Virus record (IMG/VR): IMGVR_UViG_3300012952_000103
Location: 1-27,131 of that record
Length of the DNA: 27,131 nucleotides
Strand: one strand, 5' to 3'
DNA from: a virus
Lineage: Duplodnaviria; Caudoviricetes
The notes beneath the pieces are model-generated. The model ran no database searches. It saw nothing but the letters and a program-made list of their open reading frames with translations, and was not told where the DNA came from. A program made the translations under genes and the position numbers. Position 1 is the stretch's first letter, and the number at the start of each line of letters is the position of its first letter. Below, piece by piece: positions 1-8,200 of the stretch.

Positions 1-31
1 CAACATCAACGTCAAATCGCTTTTTATCAAC

Positions 32-256
32 ATGATCTCCAACTTCACTTCTTCCGCTGTTAACTCCATCGCTACCGAAGGTGATACCGTCACCATCGAA
101 TTCAACGGTGGTCGTCAATACGACTACAAGTCCAGCGATGTTAGCGGTTTTGTGAATGCACTGAACACTGTTATCAAGGCAGAGGAATCTGTCGGTCGCT
201 TTGTTAACTTCTCCATCCGCAATAAGGATCTGGAAACTGTTAAGGTTGCTGCCTGA
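32..256 (+). CDS. KTSC-domain-like small protein (74 aa)
   Basis: Pattern SSAVNSI...TVTIEFNGGRQYDY...ESVGRFVNFSIR resembles the KTSC consensus (SS.I....Y....L.IEF..G..Y.Y...S.G..FN..IR). Leader is pyrimidine/A-rich with no Shine-Dalgarno (SD). Confidence 0.6.
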   Translation: MISNFTSSAVNSIATEGDTVTIEFNGGRQYDYKSSDVSGFVNALNTVIKAEESVGRFVNFSIRNKDLETVKVAA

Positions 257-263
257 TAGTATC

Positions 264-293
264 AGTCAGGGGGAGACACATTCTCCCCCTACT
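264..293 (+). promoter_or_regulatory. Intergenic GC-rich stem-loop
   Basis: AGGGGGAGA (268-276) is the perfect reverse complement of TCTCCCCCT (282-290), with a 5-nt loop. It can extend via AGT 264-266 / ACT 291-293 across a bulged C. No U-tract follows immediately. Confidence 0.7.
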
Positions 294-316
294 AACACAA
301 ACTTTCTGTCTTTTTA

Positions 317-499
317 ATGTCATTCCGTAAGCAGTTAAATGTTATGATGGCGGATGTAGGTTGTGATCTCATCAGTGAGAAAAGACACCTCAAATGGAAA
401 CACCATACAGGTGTAATCATCACGACCTCAAAAACACCTAGCGACATCAACGCACTGAAACAAATAAAGCGCGAATTGCGTCGCAGGTTATCACATTAG
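317..499 (+). CDS. HicA-like small basic protein, possible mRNA interferase (60 aa)
   Basis: Layout helix-G-x-x-L...KRHLKWKHHTG-VIITTSKTPSD-helix matches the HicA alpha-beta-beta-beta-alpha arrangement. His24 falls where HicA toxins have the catalytic His. 13 K/R versus 5 D/E. Confidence 0.55.
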   Translation: MSFRKQLNVMMADVGCDLISEKRHLKWKHHTGVIITTSKTPSDINALKQIKRELRRRLSH

Positions 500-500
500 G

Positions 501-691
501 TCGTTCGTTCGTTAACAGCAGTGGGGGGGTATTATGCCCCCCCCGTTATTAAAATCGATGGGTCCCCTTAGTCTACAAAGTGTTACGATGCCGCCCATAA
601 TCTCAAAACCGACCCTTTTTTCCCATCCCCATAAAAATTTTTTTCGCTATATAAAAACAAGCATAAAGTTTTATAGGTATGCAAAAAAATT
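501..691. other. Structured non-coding junction: (TCGT)3, G7/C8 hairpin, A/T tracts and an imperfect inverted repeat
   Basis: TCGT x3 at 501-512. G7 523-529 pairs with C8 537-544, with outer arms 512-519/545-552. A/T tracts at 605-608, 616-621, 633-644, 653-657 and 683-689. Inverted arms at 636-647/681-691 and 650-656/669-675. Confidence 0.65.
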
Positions 692-849
692 CGCGGCAAA
701 ATTTTACCACCATAGAGATCGATCAAGTATCTGGTGAGCACTATGTGATTATTCCAGAATGGGTTCTTGATGAAAAGGGTTGGTATGAAGGAACCGAAGT
801 TAATATTGAAGTCGAGAATGATTGTATCGTAATATCCGATGTTGAATGA
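679..849 (+). CDS. AbrB/MazE/SpoVT-fold small protein (56 aa, not in ORF track)
   Basis: ATG 679 to TGA 847-849 gives MQKNSRQNFTTIEIDQVSGEHYVIIPEWVLDEKGWYEGTEVNIEVENDCIVISDVE. The pattern G..YV.IPE....E.GW.EG..V.I.V....I.I is the swapped-hairpin AbrB signature. Confidence 0.75.
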   Translation: MQKNSRQNFTTIEIDQVSGEHYVIIPEWVLDEKGWYEGTEVNIEVENDCIVISDVE

Positions 850-852
850 TTC

Positions 853-881
853 TTGACAAGGTATACATAATGCAGTATGAT
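853..881 (+). promoter_or_regulatory. Sigma70-type (early) promoter
   Basis: TTGACA at 853-858, 17-nt spacer, TATGAT at 876-881, 22 nt before the ATG at 904. Confidence 0.85.
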
Positions 882-903
882 TCGATTGTAACTAATTTCT
901 ATT

Positions 904-1668
904 ATGGCTAAAGGATTCACAGTAAAGGCAAAAACGCCAGCAGGGTCTGGGAATGCTCCAGTACCTGAATGGGATTATGATCTTGCCAAACAAATGGTAA
1001 AAGGAAAGGCAATTGTATTTTGTCTTCCCGGACGGGGAGTATCTTATACTTACTTGAAAAATTTTGTTCAACTTTGTTTTGATCTAGTGCAGGCAGGGGC
1101 AAGCATCCAGATCTCGCAGGATTATTCCTCCATGGTTAACTTTGCAAGATGCAAATGTCTTGGAGCAAATGTACTGCGAGGACCGGATCAGGTTCCCTGG
1201 GATGGCAAGTTAAAGTATGATTGGCAACTTTGGATTGACTCTGATATTGTTTTCAATACTGAAAAATTTTATCAATTAATTTTGATGGATAAAGATATTG
1301 CAAGTGGATGGTATTGCACCGAAGATGGTCGCACCACATCAGTTGCTCATTGGATGGAGGAGGATGACTTCCGAAATAATGGGGGTGTGATGAACCACGA
1401 AACTATCGAGAGCATCTCCAAGCGCAAAAAACCTTTTACCGTTGATTATGCTGGTTTTGGATGGTTGTTGATTAAGAACGGAGTTTTTGAGCACGAAGAG
1501 ATGAAGTATCCATGGTTTGCTCCTAAGATGCAAGTCTTTGAGTCTGGTGATGTTCAAGACATGTGTGGAGAAGACGTATCATTCTGTCTTGATGCCATTG
1601 ATGCTGGTTTTGAGATTTGGTGTGATCCAAGGATTCGTGTGGGGCACGAGAAGACTCGCATTATTTGA
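904..1668 (+). CDS. GT-A fold (family 2-like) glycosyltransferase (254 aa)
   Basis: DxD motif in QLWIDSDIVF, ARCKCL segment, AGFGWLLIK, GEDVSFC acceptor-site motif and C-terminal VGHEK. Confidence 0.75.
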   Translation: MAKGFTVKAKTPAGSGNAPVPEWDYDLAKQMVKGKAIVFCLPGRGVSYTYLKNFVQLCFDLVQAGASIQISQDYSSMVNFARCKCLGANVLRGPDQVPWDGKLKYDWQLWIDSDIVFNTEKFYQLILMDKDIASGWYCTEDGRTTSVAHWMEEDDFRNNGGVMNHETIESISKRKKPFTVDYAGFGWLLIKNGVFEHEEMKYPWFAPKMQVFESGDVQDMCGEDVSFCLDAIDAGFEIWCDPRIRVGHEKTRII

Positions 1669-1669
1669 T

Positions 1670-1834
1670 ATGTCGACAAGGTATGATATTCTGTGTAATG
1701 GCACAGATCTTTATAAAGACCTAGGGCAAATTGAATATTTTGAAAGGATGGAAGACCTTGCTCTGGAATATTATCAGACGGGTTTTCCGGACCCCTCGGA
1801 ACTAGAAACTAAAATGTATGAGGTAAAAGAATGA
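1670..1834 (+). CDS. Hypothetical acidic phage protein (54 aa, MSTRYDILCNG...)
   Basis: In-frame ATG at 1670, one base after the glycosyltransferase stop, is a more plausible start than the track's 1517, which overlaps the upstream gene by about 150 nt. Confidence 0.7.
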   Translation: MSTRYDILCNGTDLYKDLGQIEYFERMEDLALEYYQTGFPDPSELETKMYEVKE

Positions 1835-1971
1835 GAGGATTTATGAAAAATGGGAACTTTGTTGTTTCCACACCAAAGAAGACTCGTCAAGGAAATAGTC
1901 AGTATACCAAGACGGCGGCGAGTTCTCGTAACTCGGCTAAGAAAAAGTATAGGGGGCAAGGAAAGCGATGA
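1831..1971 (+). CDS. Small basic protein ending in YRGQG (46 aa, not in ORF track)
   Basis: MRGFMKNGNFVVSTPKKTRQGNSQYTKTAASSRNSAKKKYRGQGKR. ATGA overlaps at both ends (1831-1834 and 1968-1971). I recognise the KKTRQG...YRGQG pattern from marine phage small proteins. Alternative start at 1843. Confidence 0.75.
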   Translation: MRGFMKNGNFVVSTPKKTRQGNSQYTKTAASSRNSAKKKYRGQGKR

Positions 1972-2666
1972 GTCAACTGCTTGTAAATCTACCTGCATAT
2001 AAGGTATGGGTAAGAAAAGAATACTTACGGGATTTGCAAGACGGATATGGTGAATTTGTTGAGGGCGTCTGGGTATCGGCAAAGTCGATTCCTGGGCGTG
2101 CTTTTTATTTTGAGACTTATTTACCAGAATACGGTGCAATGTTTGATAAATTACCTATTTCGGCATTTGTCGCCAGTCCTGAGACTCCTGAACCGGATCT
2201 TGATCTACCAAATTTACAGTTTTGGAACTGTATGGATTATGGTGTAACTAATATTTGTAAGCAATTTACTGCTTCAATGAGTTGGGAGGTTCGTACACGT
2301 CATTTTGGCACCATGACTGGTAGTTATATTTGCACATTAGACAATTATCACGGGGATTGTGACACTATTGACTATTCAACTAGTGAAATTCCTCAAGAAC
2401 ACAAGTCATTTAACCTGCTTGAACTTGATAATGGGCAATTTGCACTATATCCAAACAACAGATGTCGCATTTATGATGTTAGTTTGACTCCTCAAGAGCC
2501 AAAAATACCCGATTTTAAGGTTTCGACTGAGTATTATCAGGTTGAGAATGGTATTAAATGGGGTAGATTGGGTGATACCGACGAATATTTCTGGAAAACA
2601 CCGGAAGAAATAATATCTGACATTGATGATCAGTATTCTCACCGTTTTGGAGAACCAAATAAATAA
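1968..2666 (+). CDS. Conserved hypothetical phage protein (232 aa)
   Basis: Long ORF coupled by ATGA overlap. Aromatic-rich, with VRKEYL, KLPISAF, LQFWNC, EHKS and YPNNR motifs recalled from marine phage hypotheticals. Confidence 0.8.
   Translation: MSQLLVNLPAYKVWVRKEYLRDLQDGYGEFVEGVWVSAKSIPGRAFYFETYLPEYGAMFDKLPISAFVASPETPEPDLDLPNLQFWNCMDYGVTNICKQFTASMSWEVRTRHFGTMTGSYICTLDNYHGDCDTIDYSTSEIPQEHKSFNLLELDNGQFALYPNNRCRIYDVSLTPQEPKIPDFKVSTEYYQVENGIKWGRLGDTDEYFWKTPEEIISDIDDQYSHRFGEPNK
2658..2665 (+). promoter_or_regulatory. Putative T4-type late promoter (AATAAATA)
   Basis: Matches NATAAATA, overlaps the upstream stop codon and lies 54 nt before the ATG at 2720. Confidence 0.55.
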
Positions 2667-2670
2667 AAAT

Positions 2671-2716
2671 AGGGATAGCAACCCCTTTAAAAGTTCTGAT
2701 TTCACCAATCGGAGCT
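2671..2716 (+). promoter_or_regulatory. 5' leader with hairpin sequestering the SD
   Basis: AGTTCTGATT (2692-2701) pairs with AATCGGAGCT (2707-2716): 10 bp with two G-U pairs, covering GGAG at 2711-2714. A weaker AGGG/CCCT hairpin lies at 2671-2686. Confidence 0.6.
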
Positions 2717-2719
2717 AAA

Positions 2720-2941
2720 ATGGCAGTCTCACCAGTCGATAGAAACAAAAAATACATGAAAGAGATGTGGGGAACCACTAAACTTATTACAGATTACAAT
2801 TCATTACCTAAAAAACAGGTATTGCAAGAGGTTATGCACGATGATCTTGATAAAGATTACGTAATTCCGGAAGATCGTCTTTCAAGACCATGCGGTGGTA
2901 GTGGTGGATTTGATGATTTTGTTGAAAGATGGCACGAATAA
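2720..2941 (+). CDS. Hypothetical phage protein (73 aa)
   Basis: GGAG SD 5 nt upstream. Lies between two late-promoter motifs, directly before gp25. Confidence 0.7.
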   Translation: MAVSPVDRNKKYMKEMWGTTKLITDYNSLPKKQVLQEVMHDDLDKDYVIPEDRLSRPCGGSGGFDDFVERWHE

Positions 2942-2944
2942 CGC

Positions 2945-2952
2945 TATAAATA
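2945..2952 (+). promoter_or_regulatory. T4-type late promoter TATAAATA
   Basis: Exact gp55-sigma consensus, intergenic, 19 nt before the gp25 start. Confidence 0.85.
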
Positions 2953-2971
2953 AATAAAAATCTCGTGATCA

Positions 2972-3373
2972 ATGACAATTAGGAGGATATCAAGAGAATT
3001 TAAAGACATTAGTTTGTCTTTTGAACCTCATCCTGTAACAAAAGATCTTCAAATTCTTAAAAATGAGAGTGCGATACGTAGATCTATAAGAAATATTGTT
3101 GAGACTATTCCTACAGAAAGATTCTTTAATCCCTCATTAGGATCTGATGTAAGAGGTAGTCTCTTTGAGTTTATTGATTTTGGTACTGCATCTGCAATTC
3201 AAAGTCAAATTGAAATTTCGATTGAAAATTTTGAATCAAGAGTAGAGAATCTTGAAGTATATGTCAATCCAAACCCTGATCAAAATTCATTTGATGTCAC
3301 AGTAGTATTTGATATTATTGGTCAAGAGATTCCGACCCAAGAATATTCTTTCCTTTTAGAGGCAACGAGATAG
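2972..3373 (+). CDS. gp25: Baseplate wedge subunit gp25
   Basis: FKDISLSF..HPVTKDL...KNE.AI.RS.RNIV.T...ERFFNP.LGS and E.RV motifs, directly upstream of gp6. Confidence 0.92.
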   Translation: MTIRRISREFKDISLSFEPHPVTKDLQILKNESAIRRSIRNIVETIPTERFFNPSLGSDVRGSLFEFIDFGTASAIQSQIEISIENFESRVENLEVYVNPNPDQNSFDVTVVFDIIGQEIPTQEYSFLLEATR

Positions 3374-3377
3374 TAAT

Positions 3378-5291
3378 ATGCCTTTTACTAAATTTACTAA
3401 TCTAGATTTTGATCAGATAAAAACGTCGATTAAAAATTATTTACGTGCTAATTCCACATTTACGGATTTTGATTTTGAAGGATCAAATTTTTCCATATTA
3501 ATTGATACTTTAGCATATAATACATATATTACTGCTTTCAATTCGAATATGGTTGTTAATGAATCCTTTTTGGATTCGGCAACTCTTCGTGAGAATGTAG
3601 TTTCTTTAGCTAGAAACATTGGATATGTGCCACGTTCAAGAACAGCAGCAAAAGCTACAATATCATTTGATGTTGATGTTGATAATTCAAAATATAGTTC
3701 TGTCGTTCTTAGAAGGGGTCTAGTATGCACAGGAAATGTTAACGATACTTCATATACATTCGCAACTCCAGACAACGTACAGACGACTGTAGATGCCTCA
3801 GGTAAGGCATCTTTTAATATTGATGTTTTGCAAGGCACATTTTTACAAAAGACATTTACAGTTGATTCATCTCTAGATCAGAGATTTATTTTAAATAATT
3901 CATATATTGACACATCCACAATATCAGTGTTTATTAGTAATGAAGAGGGTGTTCTTGGTGATGAATATACCTTAGTTGATAATATTTTTAATGTAAATTC
4001 TGAGTCAAATATATTCTTAATTCAAGAAATACAAGATGAAAAATATGAATTATTATTTGGTGATGGATATATTGGCAAAAAACTTGAAAATGGTGCAATT
4101 GTAACAGTTAATTATATTGTTACTGATGGTAAAGATGGTAATGGAGCTGGTGGAAAAGTAGGGCAAGAAAATATATTTTCATTTTCCGGAACAATAGTTG
4201 ATAATACAGATACCCCAAAGATTATTGATCCTGGAACAGTAGTTATAAAAACAGAGCAAAATGCCATAAATGGGTCTGATTCAGAATCTATTAGTTCAAT
4301 TAAATATTTTGCTCCTAGAATTTATTCATCACAGCACAGAGCAGTAACTTCAAGAGATTATGAGGCAATAATAAAAAAAGTTTATCCAGATACTGAGTCA
4401 GTTTCTGTTATTGGTGGAGAAGAATTGGATCCACCAGAGTTTGGAACGGTTTCTATTAGTATTAAACCAAAAAATGGAACATTTGTTTCTGATTTTAATA
4501 AACAACGAATTTTATCTGATTTAAAGCAATATAGTATTTCGGGTATTAATCAGAAGATAATTGATTTAAAACTTTTATATGTTGAAGTTGATTCATCAAT
4601 TTATTTTAATAGTTCGCAAATATCGACAGAAGAATCGTTAAAAACAAAAGTAATTAATTCATTAACAAAATATTCCGAATCTGTTGATTTAAATAAATTT
4701 GGTGGAAGATTAAAATATAGTAAATTACTTCAAGTTATTGATAATACAGACAGTGCAATAACTTCAAACATTACAAAAATAAGAATAAGAAGAGATTTAA
4801 AGGTTGCACTAAACCAATTTGCTCAATATGAATTGTGTTTTGGTAATCAATTCCATGTTAATTTGGGTGGATATAATATAAAATCTACAGGATTTAAAAT
4901 TAGTGGTGAAACAGATACTGTTTACTTTACAGACATTCCAAATGAAGATAAAAAAACAGGTGTAATATCAATAGTAAAACCTGTTGGAGATATTAACAGA
5001 GTTGTTGTAAAATCAGCAGGAACTGTTGATTATGTTAAAGGGGAAATTTTATTGACAACTTTAAATATAACTTCAACATTAAATTCAAATGGGGTTGTTG
5101 AAATTCAAGCATTCCCGGAATCTAATGATGTTGTTGGATTGAGAGATTTGTATTTAAGTTTTGATATATCAAAAAGTACAATAAATATGCTAAGGGATGT
5201 AATTGCTTCAGGGGATGAAATTTCTGGAACAGTGTTTACAAGAGATTTTTATACATCAAGCTATTCAAACGGAAATCTAATAAGAAAGTAA
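3378..5291 (+). CDS. gp6: Baseplate wedge subunit gp6
   Basis: LDFDQIK, FTDFDFEGS, LIDTLAYNT, ESFLDSATLRENVVSLARNIGY.PRS, YELLFGDG and RAVT..DY motifs. 637 aa. Confidence 0.95.
   Translation: MPFTKFTNLDFDQIKTSIKNYLRANSTFTDFDFEGSNFSILIDTLAYNTYITAFNSNMVVNESFLDSATLRENVVSLARNIGYVPRSRTAAKATISFDVDVDNSKYSSVVLRRGLVCTGNVNDTSYTFATPDNVQTTVDASGKASFNIDVLQGTFLQKTFTVDSSLDQRFILNNSYIDTSTISVFISNEEGVLGDEYTLVDNIFNVNSESNIFLIQEIQDEKYELLFGDGYIGKKLENGAIVTVNYIVTDGKDGNGAGGKVGQENIFSFSGTIVDNTDTPKIIDPGTVVIKTEQNAINGSDSESISSIKYFAPRIYSSQHRAVTSRDYEAIIKKVYPDTESVSVIGGEELDPPEFGTVSISIKPKNGTFVSDFNKQRILSDLKQYSISGINQKIIDLKLLYVEVDSSIYFNSSQISTEESLKTKVINSLTKYSESVDLNKFGGRLKYSKLLQVIDNTDSAITSNITKIRIRRDLKVALNQFAQYELCFGNQFHVNLGGYNIKSTGFKISGETDTVYFTDIPNEDKKTGVISIVKPVGDINRVVVKSAGTVDYVKGEILLTTLNITSTLNSNGVVEIQAFPESNDVVGLRDLYLSFDISKSTINMLRDVIASGDEISGTVFTRDFYTSSYSNGNLIRK
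5180..5187 (+). promoter_or_regulatory. Possible internal late promoter for the gp7-like gene (AATAAATA)
   Basis: NATAAATA inside the 3' end of gp6, about 105 nt before the gp7 start. Could be chance in AT-rich DNA. Confidence 0.3.
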
Positions 5292-5292
5292 T

Positions 5293-8200
5293 ATGATACA
5301 AACAGGGTTTGAATCTAGGGTAAAGATTCATGATATAATTGAAAATCAAATTCCAAGTTTTATCTTGGATGAAAGTCCTAATGCATCAAAATTTTTAGAA
5401 CAATATTATATTTCACAAGAATATCAAGGTGGTTCAGTTGATATTGTTGAAAATTTAGATCAATATTTAAAAGTTGATAATTTAACTCCAGAAGTTGTTG
5501 TAGATAATACGACTCTTACTTCTGAAGTTAATTCTACAGATACTACAATTAATGTATCTAGTACGAGGGGATTTCCTAATCAGTATGGGATTTTAAAAAT
5601 AAATGATGAAATTATTACTTACACTGGTATAAGTGCCAATACTTTTACTGGATGTATACGTGGATTTTGTGGTATTACTAGCTATCATCAAGATTTAAAT
5701 GAAGAAGAATTAGTATTTTCCACATCAGATGCATCTTCGCATTCTGAAAATACATCTATACAGAATTTAAGCTCTTTATTTCTAAAAGAATTTTATAAAA
5801 AATTAAAGAAAACTTTTACTCCTGGTCTTGAAGAGAGTGTTTTTGTTTCTGAAATTGATGCTGGTAATTTTATAAAAGAAGCAAGAACATTTTATGAAGC
5901 AAAAGGAACGGAGGAATCCTTCAGAATTTTGTTCAATATTTTATATGGAGTTACTCCTAGAATCATCAATCTAGAAGATTATTTAATCAAACCTTCTTCT
6001 TCAAATTATGTTAGAAGAGAAGTTGTTATCGCTGATGTTATATCAGGAGATCCTCTAAAATTAGTTGGTCAAACTATTGTAAAAACCTCTGATTCGACAG
6101 TCAGTGCATCTATATCTGAAGTAGAACCATTTACTAGAAATAATAAGCAATATTTTAAAATTTCATTATTCCTTGGATATGATGATAATATAATAACAAA
6201 TATTAATTTTAAAGTAACTCCAAATACAAAATGTTTGGAAGATGTTAGTTCTGGATCTAGTATTCTTACTGTCGATTCTACTATTGGATTTGGACAAACT
6301 GGAACAATTTTTTCAGGAACAAACAGAATCGATTATACTAGTAAAAGTATAAATCAATTTTTTGGTTGTCAGGGAATTGTATCTTCAATTAAAGCTACTG
6401 ATAATGTAAGATCTGACCAAACTTACTTTGGGTATGAAGATGGTGATACTTCAAAAAAAGTAGAATTAATAATTACAGGTTCAATTTCCGATTTTATTCA
6501 GATATCTGAAAATTTAAAGGTAGATGAGGGGGATATAATATTTGTTGATAATATTGGGGAAGTAATAAAAAATCCAACAACAAATAAAACATATAAAGAA
6601 TTATTTACAAATTCTTGGATTTATAACACTAGAAGTAGTTTTGGTATAGAAAAATCTATAGGAGACAATAGTTTTGATGTAACTACTCCCATTGATAGGG
6701 CATCTCTAAAGAAAGGTGATCAAGTAGAGATATTAAAAAGAGGGTCTAATGATGTAGAGTTAACTGCTTTTGTAATAAATGATATTGCAGATGGATCTTT
6801 TAGAGTAGTCATATCGGGACAATTTCCCATTGGTGTGGGAACTGAATATGTTTTTAGAAGAAAATTAAGAACACCTTCAAGTAATGGAGCACCATTAGAA
6901 TCTGCTAATTTATTTTCTGATATTCAAAATGTATATAATGAAAATAATGAATTCATGTATGTTGCATCTAATTCATTACCTTCAATCGATTTAAATCCAG
7001 ATCCAACCAAAACATCCCTATACTCTTATAAAATTCCCACAACAATTCAATCTACTAGTGTTGTTGGATTAGCAAATAGTTTATCTGATAAAGTAACTTA
7101 TACAGAAATAGAATTAGGATCTGTTCCATTTTTTACCGGGGAAGAAGTTGTTTATCAACCTTCAGGAACTCCCATAGTTGGATTAGAGACTGGTAATTAT
7201 TTTGTTGAAAAAGTAAGTAATTCGATAAGTAATTCGAATGTAAGATTATATTCTTCAAGATCATTTATTGGTGGATCAGATTACATAACCTTCAAGGAAC
7301 CTTCTGGTGGGGTTAATGTAAATGATACTCTTACTTTAAGATCTCAAAATGATAATATAATAGGATCACAAAAATTACTTAAAAAGTTTCCATTATCAGT
7401 TAATACTGAGTATAGTGAAAATAAATCTACAGTTCCTGGTGGAATTGGAATGTTGATTAATGGAGTCGAAATCTCTAATTATAAATCTGTAGATAATGTA
7501 TATTATGGGCCATTACATTCAGTTAATATAATAAATGGTGGATCTGGATATGATGTAATCAATTTACCTCAAGTAACAGTATCTAATGGACTTGGAGTAA
7601 CTGCATTAGTTCAACCAGTAATTAGTGGTTCTTTTGAAAAGGTTTCTGTAGATTCGCAAGAATTTGATATTGATAAAATAGTATCAATTGGTGTTAGTGG
7701 TGGAAATGGATCAGGAGCTGTTTTTGAAGCTTCTTTGGCAAAAAGATTTAGAAATATTTTCTTTGATGCTAGAACAACAGTAAGTGGTGGTGGAATTAAT
7801 ACTGTAAGAGAAACTTTAACATTTCTTTCAGACCATAGTTTTGATGATGGGCAGGAAATAATTTATAATAATCAAGGAAATGTTTCATTGGGTATTGGAA
7901 CATTAGAATCTTCTACAGAGACATTAATTAATAATGGATCTTATTTTGTTGAAGTTTTGAACAATAGAGCAATTAAATTATTTAATACAAAGAGTGATTC
8001 TTTGAGTGGTATAAACACAGTTGGATTTACAACATCAAATAAGAGTGGTATTCATAAGTTTATACCAGCGACTCCAAAAACAGGTATAGAAGATATTAAA
8101 ATTATTGATGGTGGTAGTGGATATACAAATAGAAAATTAATTGTAAAACCATCCGGAATATCAAGTAATTTTGATACTGTTTATTTTAATGATCATAATT

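Noticed and set aside
268-290. Rho-independent terminator
   Set aside because: The stem is strong but no U-tract follows directly on either strand, so it is kept as a generic stem-loop.
501-600. CRISPR array, tRNA or retron ncRNA
   Set aside because: No repeat-spacer periodicity, no cloverleaf, and no cas or RT gene in the window.
534-737. 67-aa + strand ORF (MPPPLLKS...)
   Set aside because: It starts inside the G/C hairpin, runs through homopolymer tracts and overlaps the better-supported AbrB-like ORF in another frame.
1517-1669. N-terminal extension of the 105-aa ORF
   Set aside because: It overlaps the conserved glycosyltransferase C-terminus. ATG 1670 is the coupled start.
917-2778. 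Minus-strand ORFs (917-1102, 1339-1557, 1774-2139, 2445-2708, 2554-2778) and + ORF 2047-2247
   Set aside because: These are shadows of well-supported + strand genes, with no recognisable motifs.
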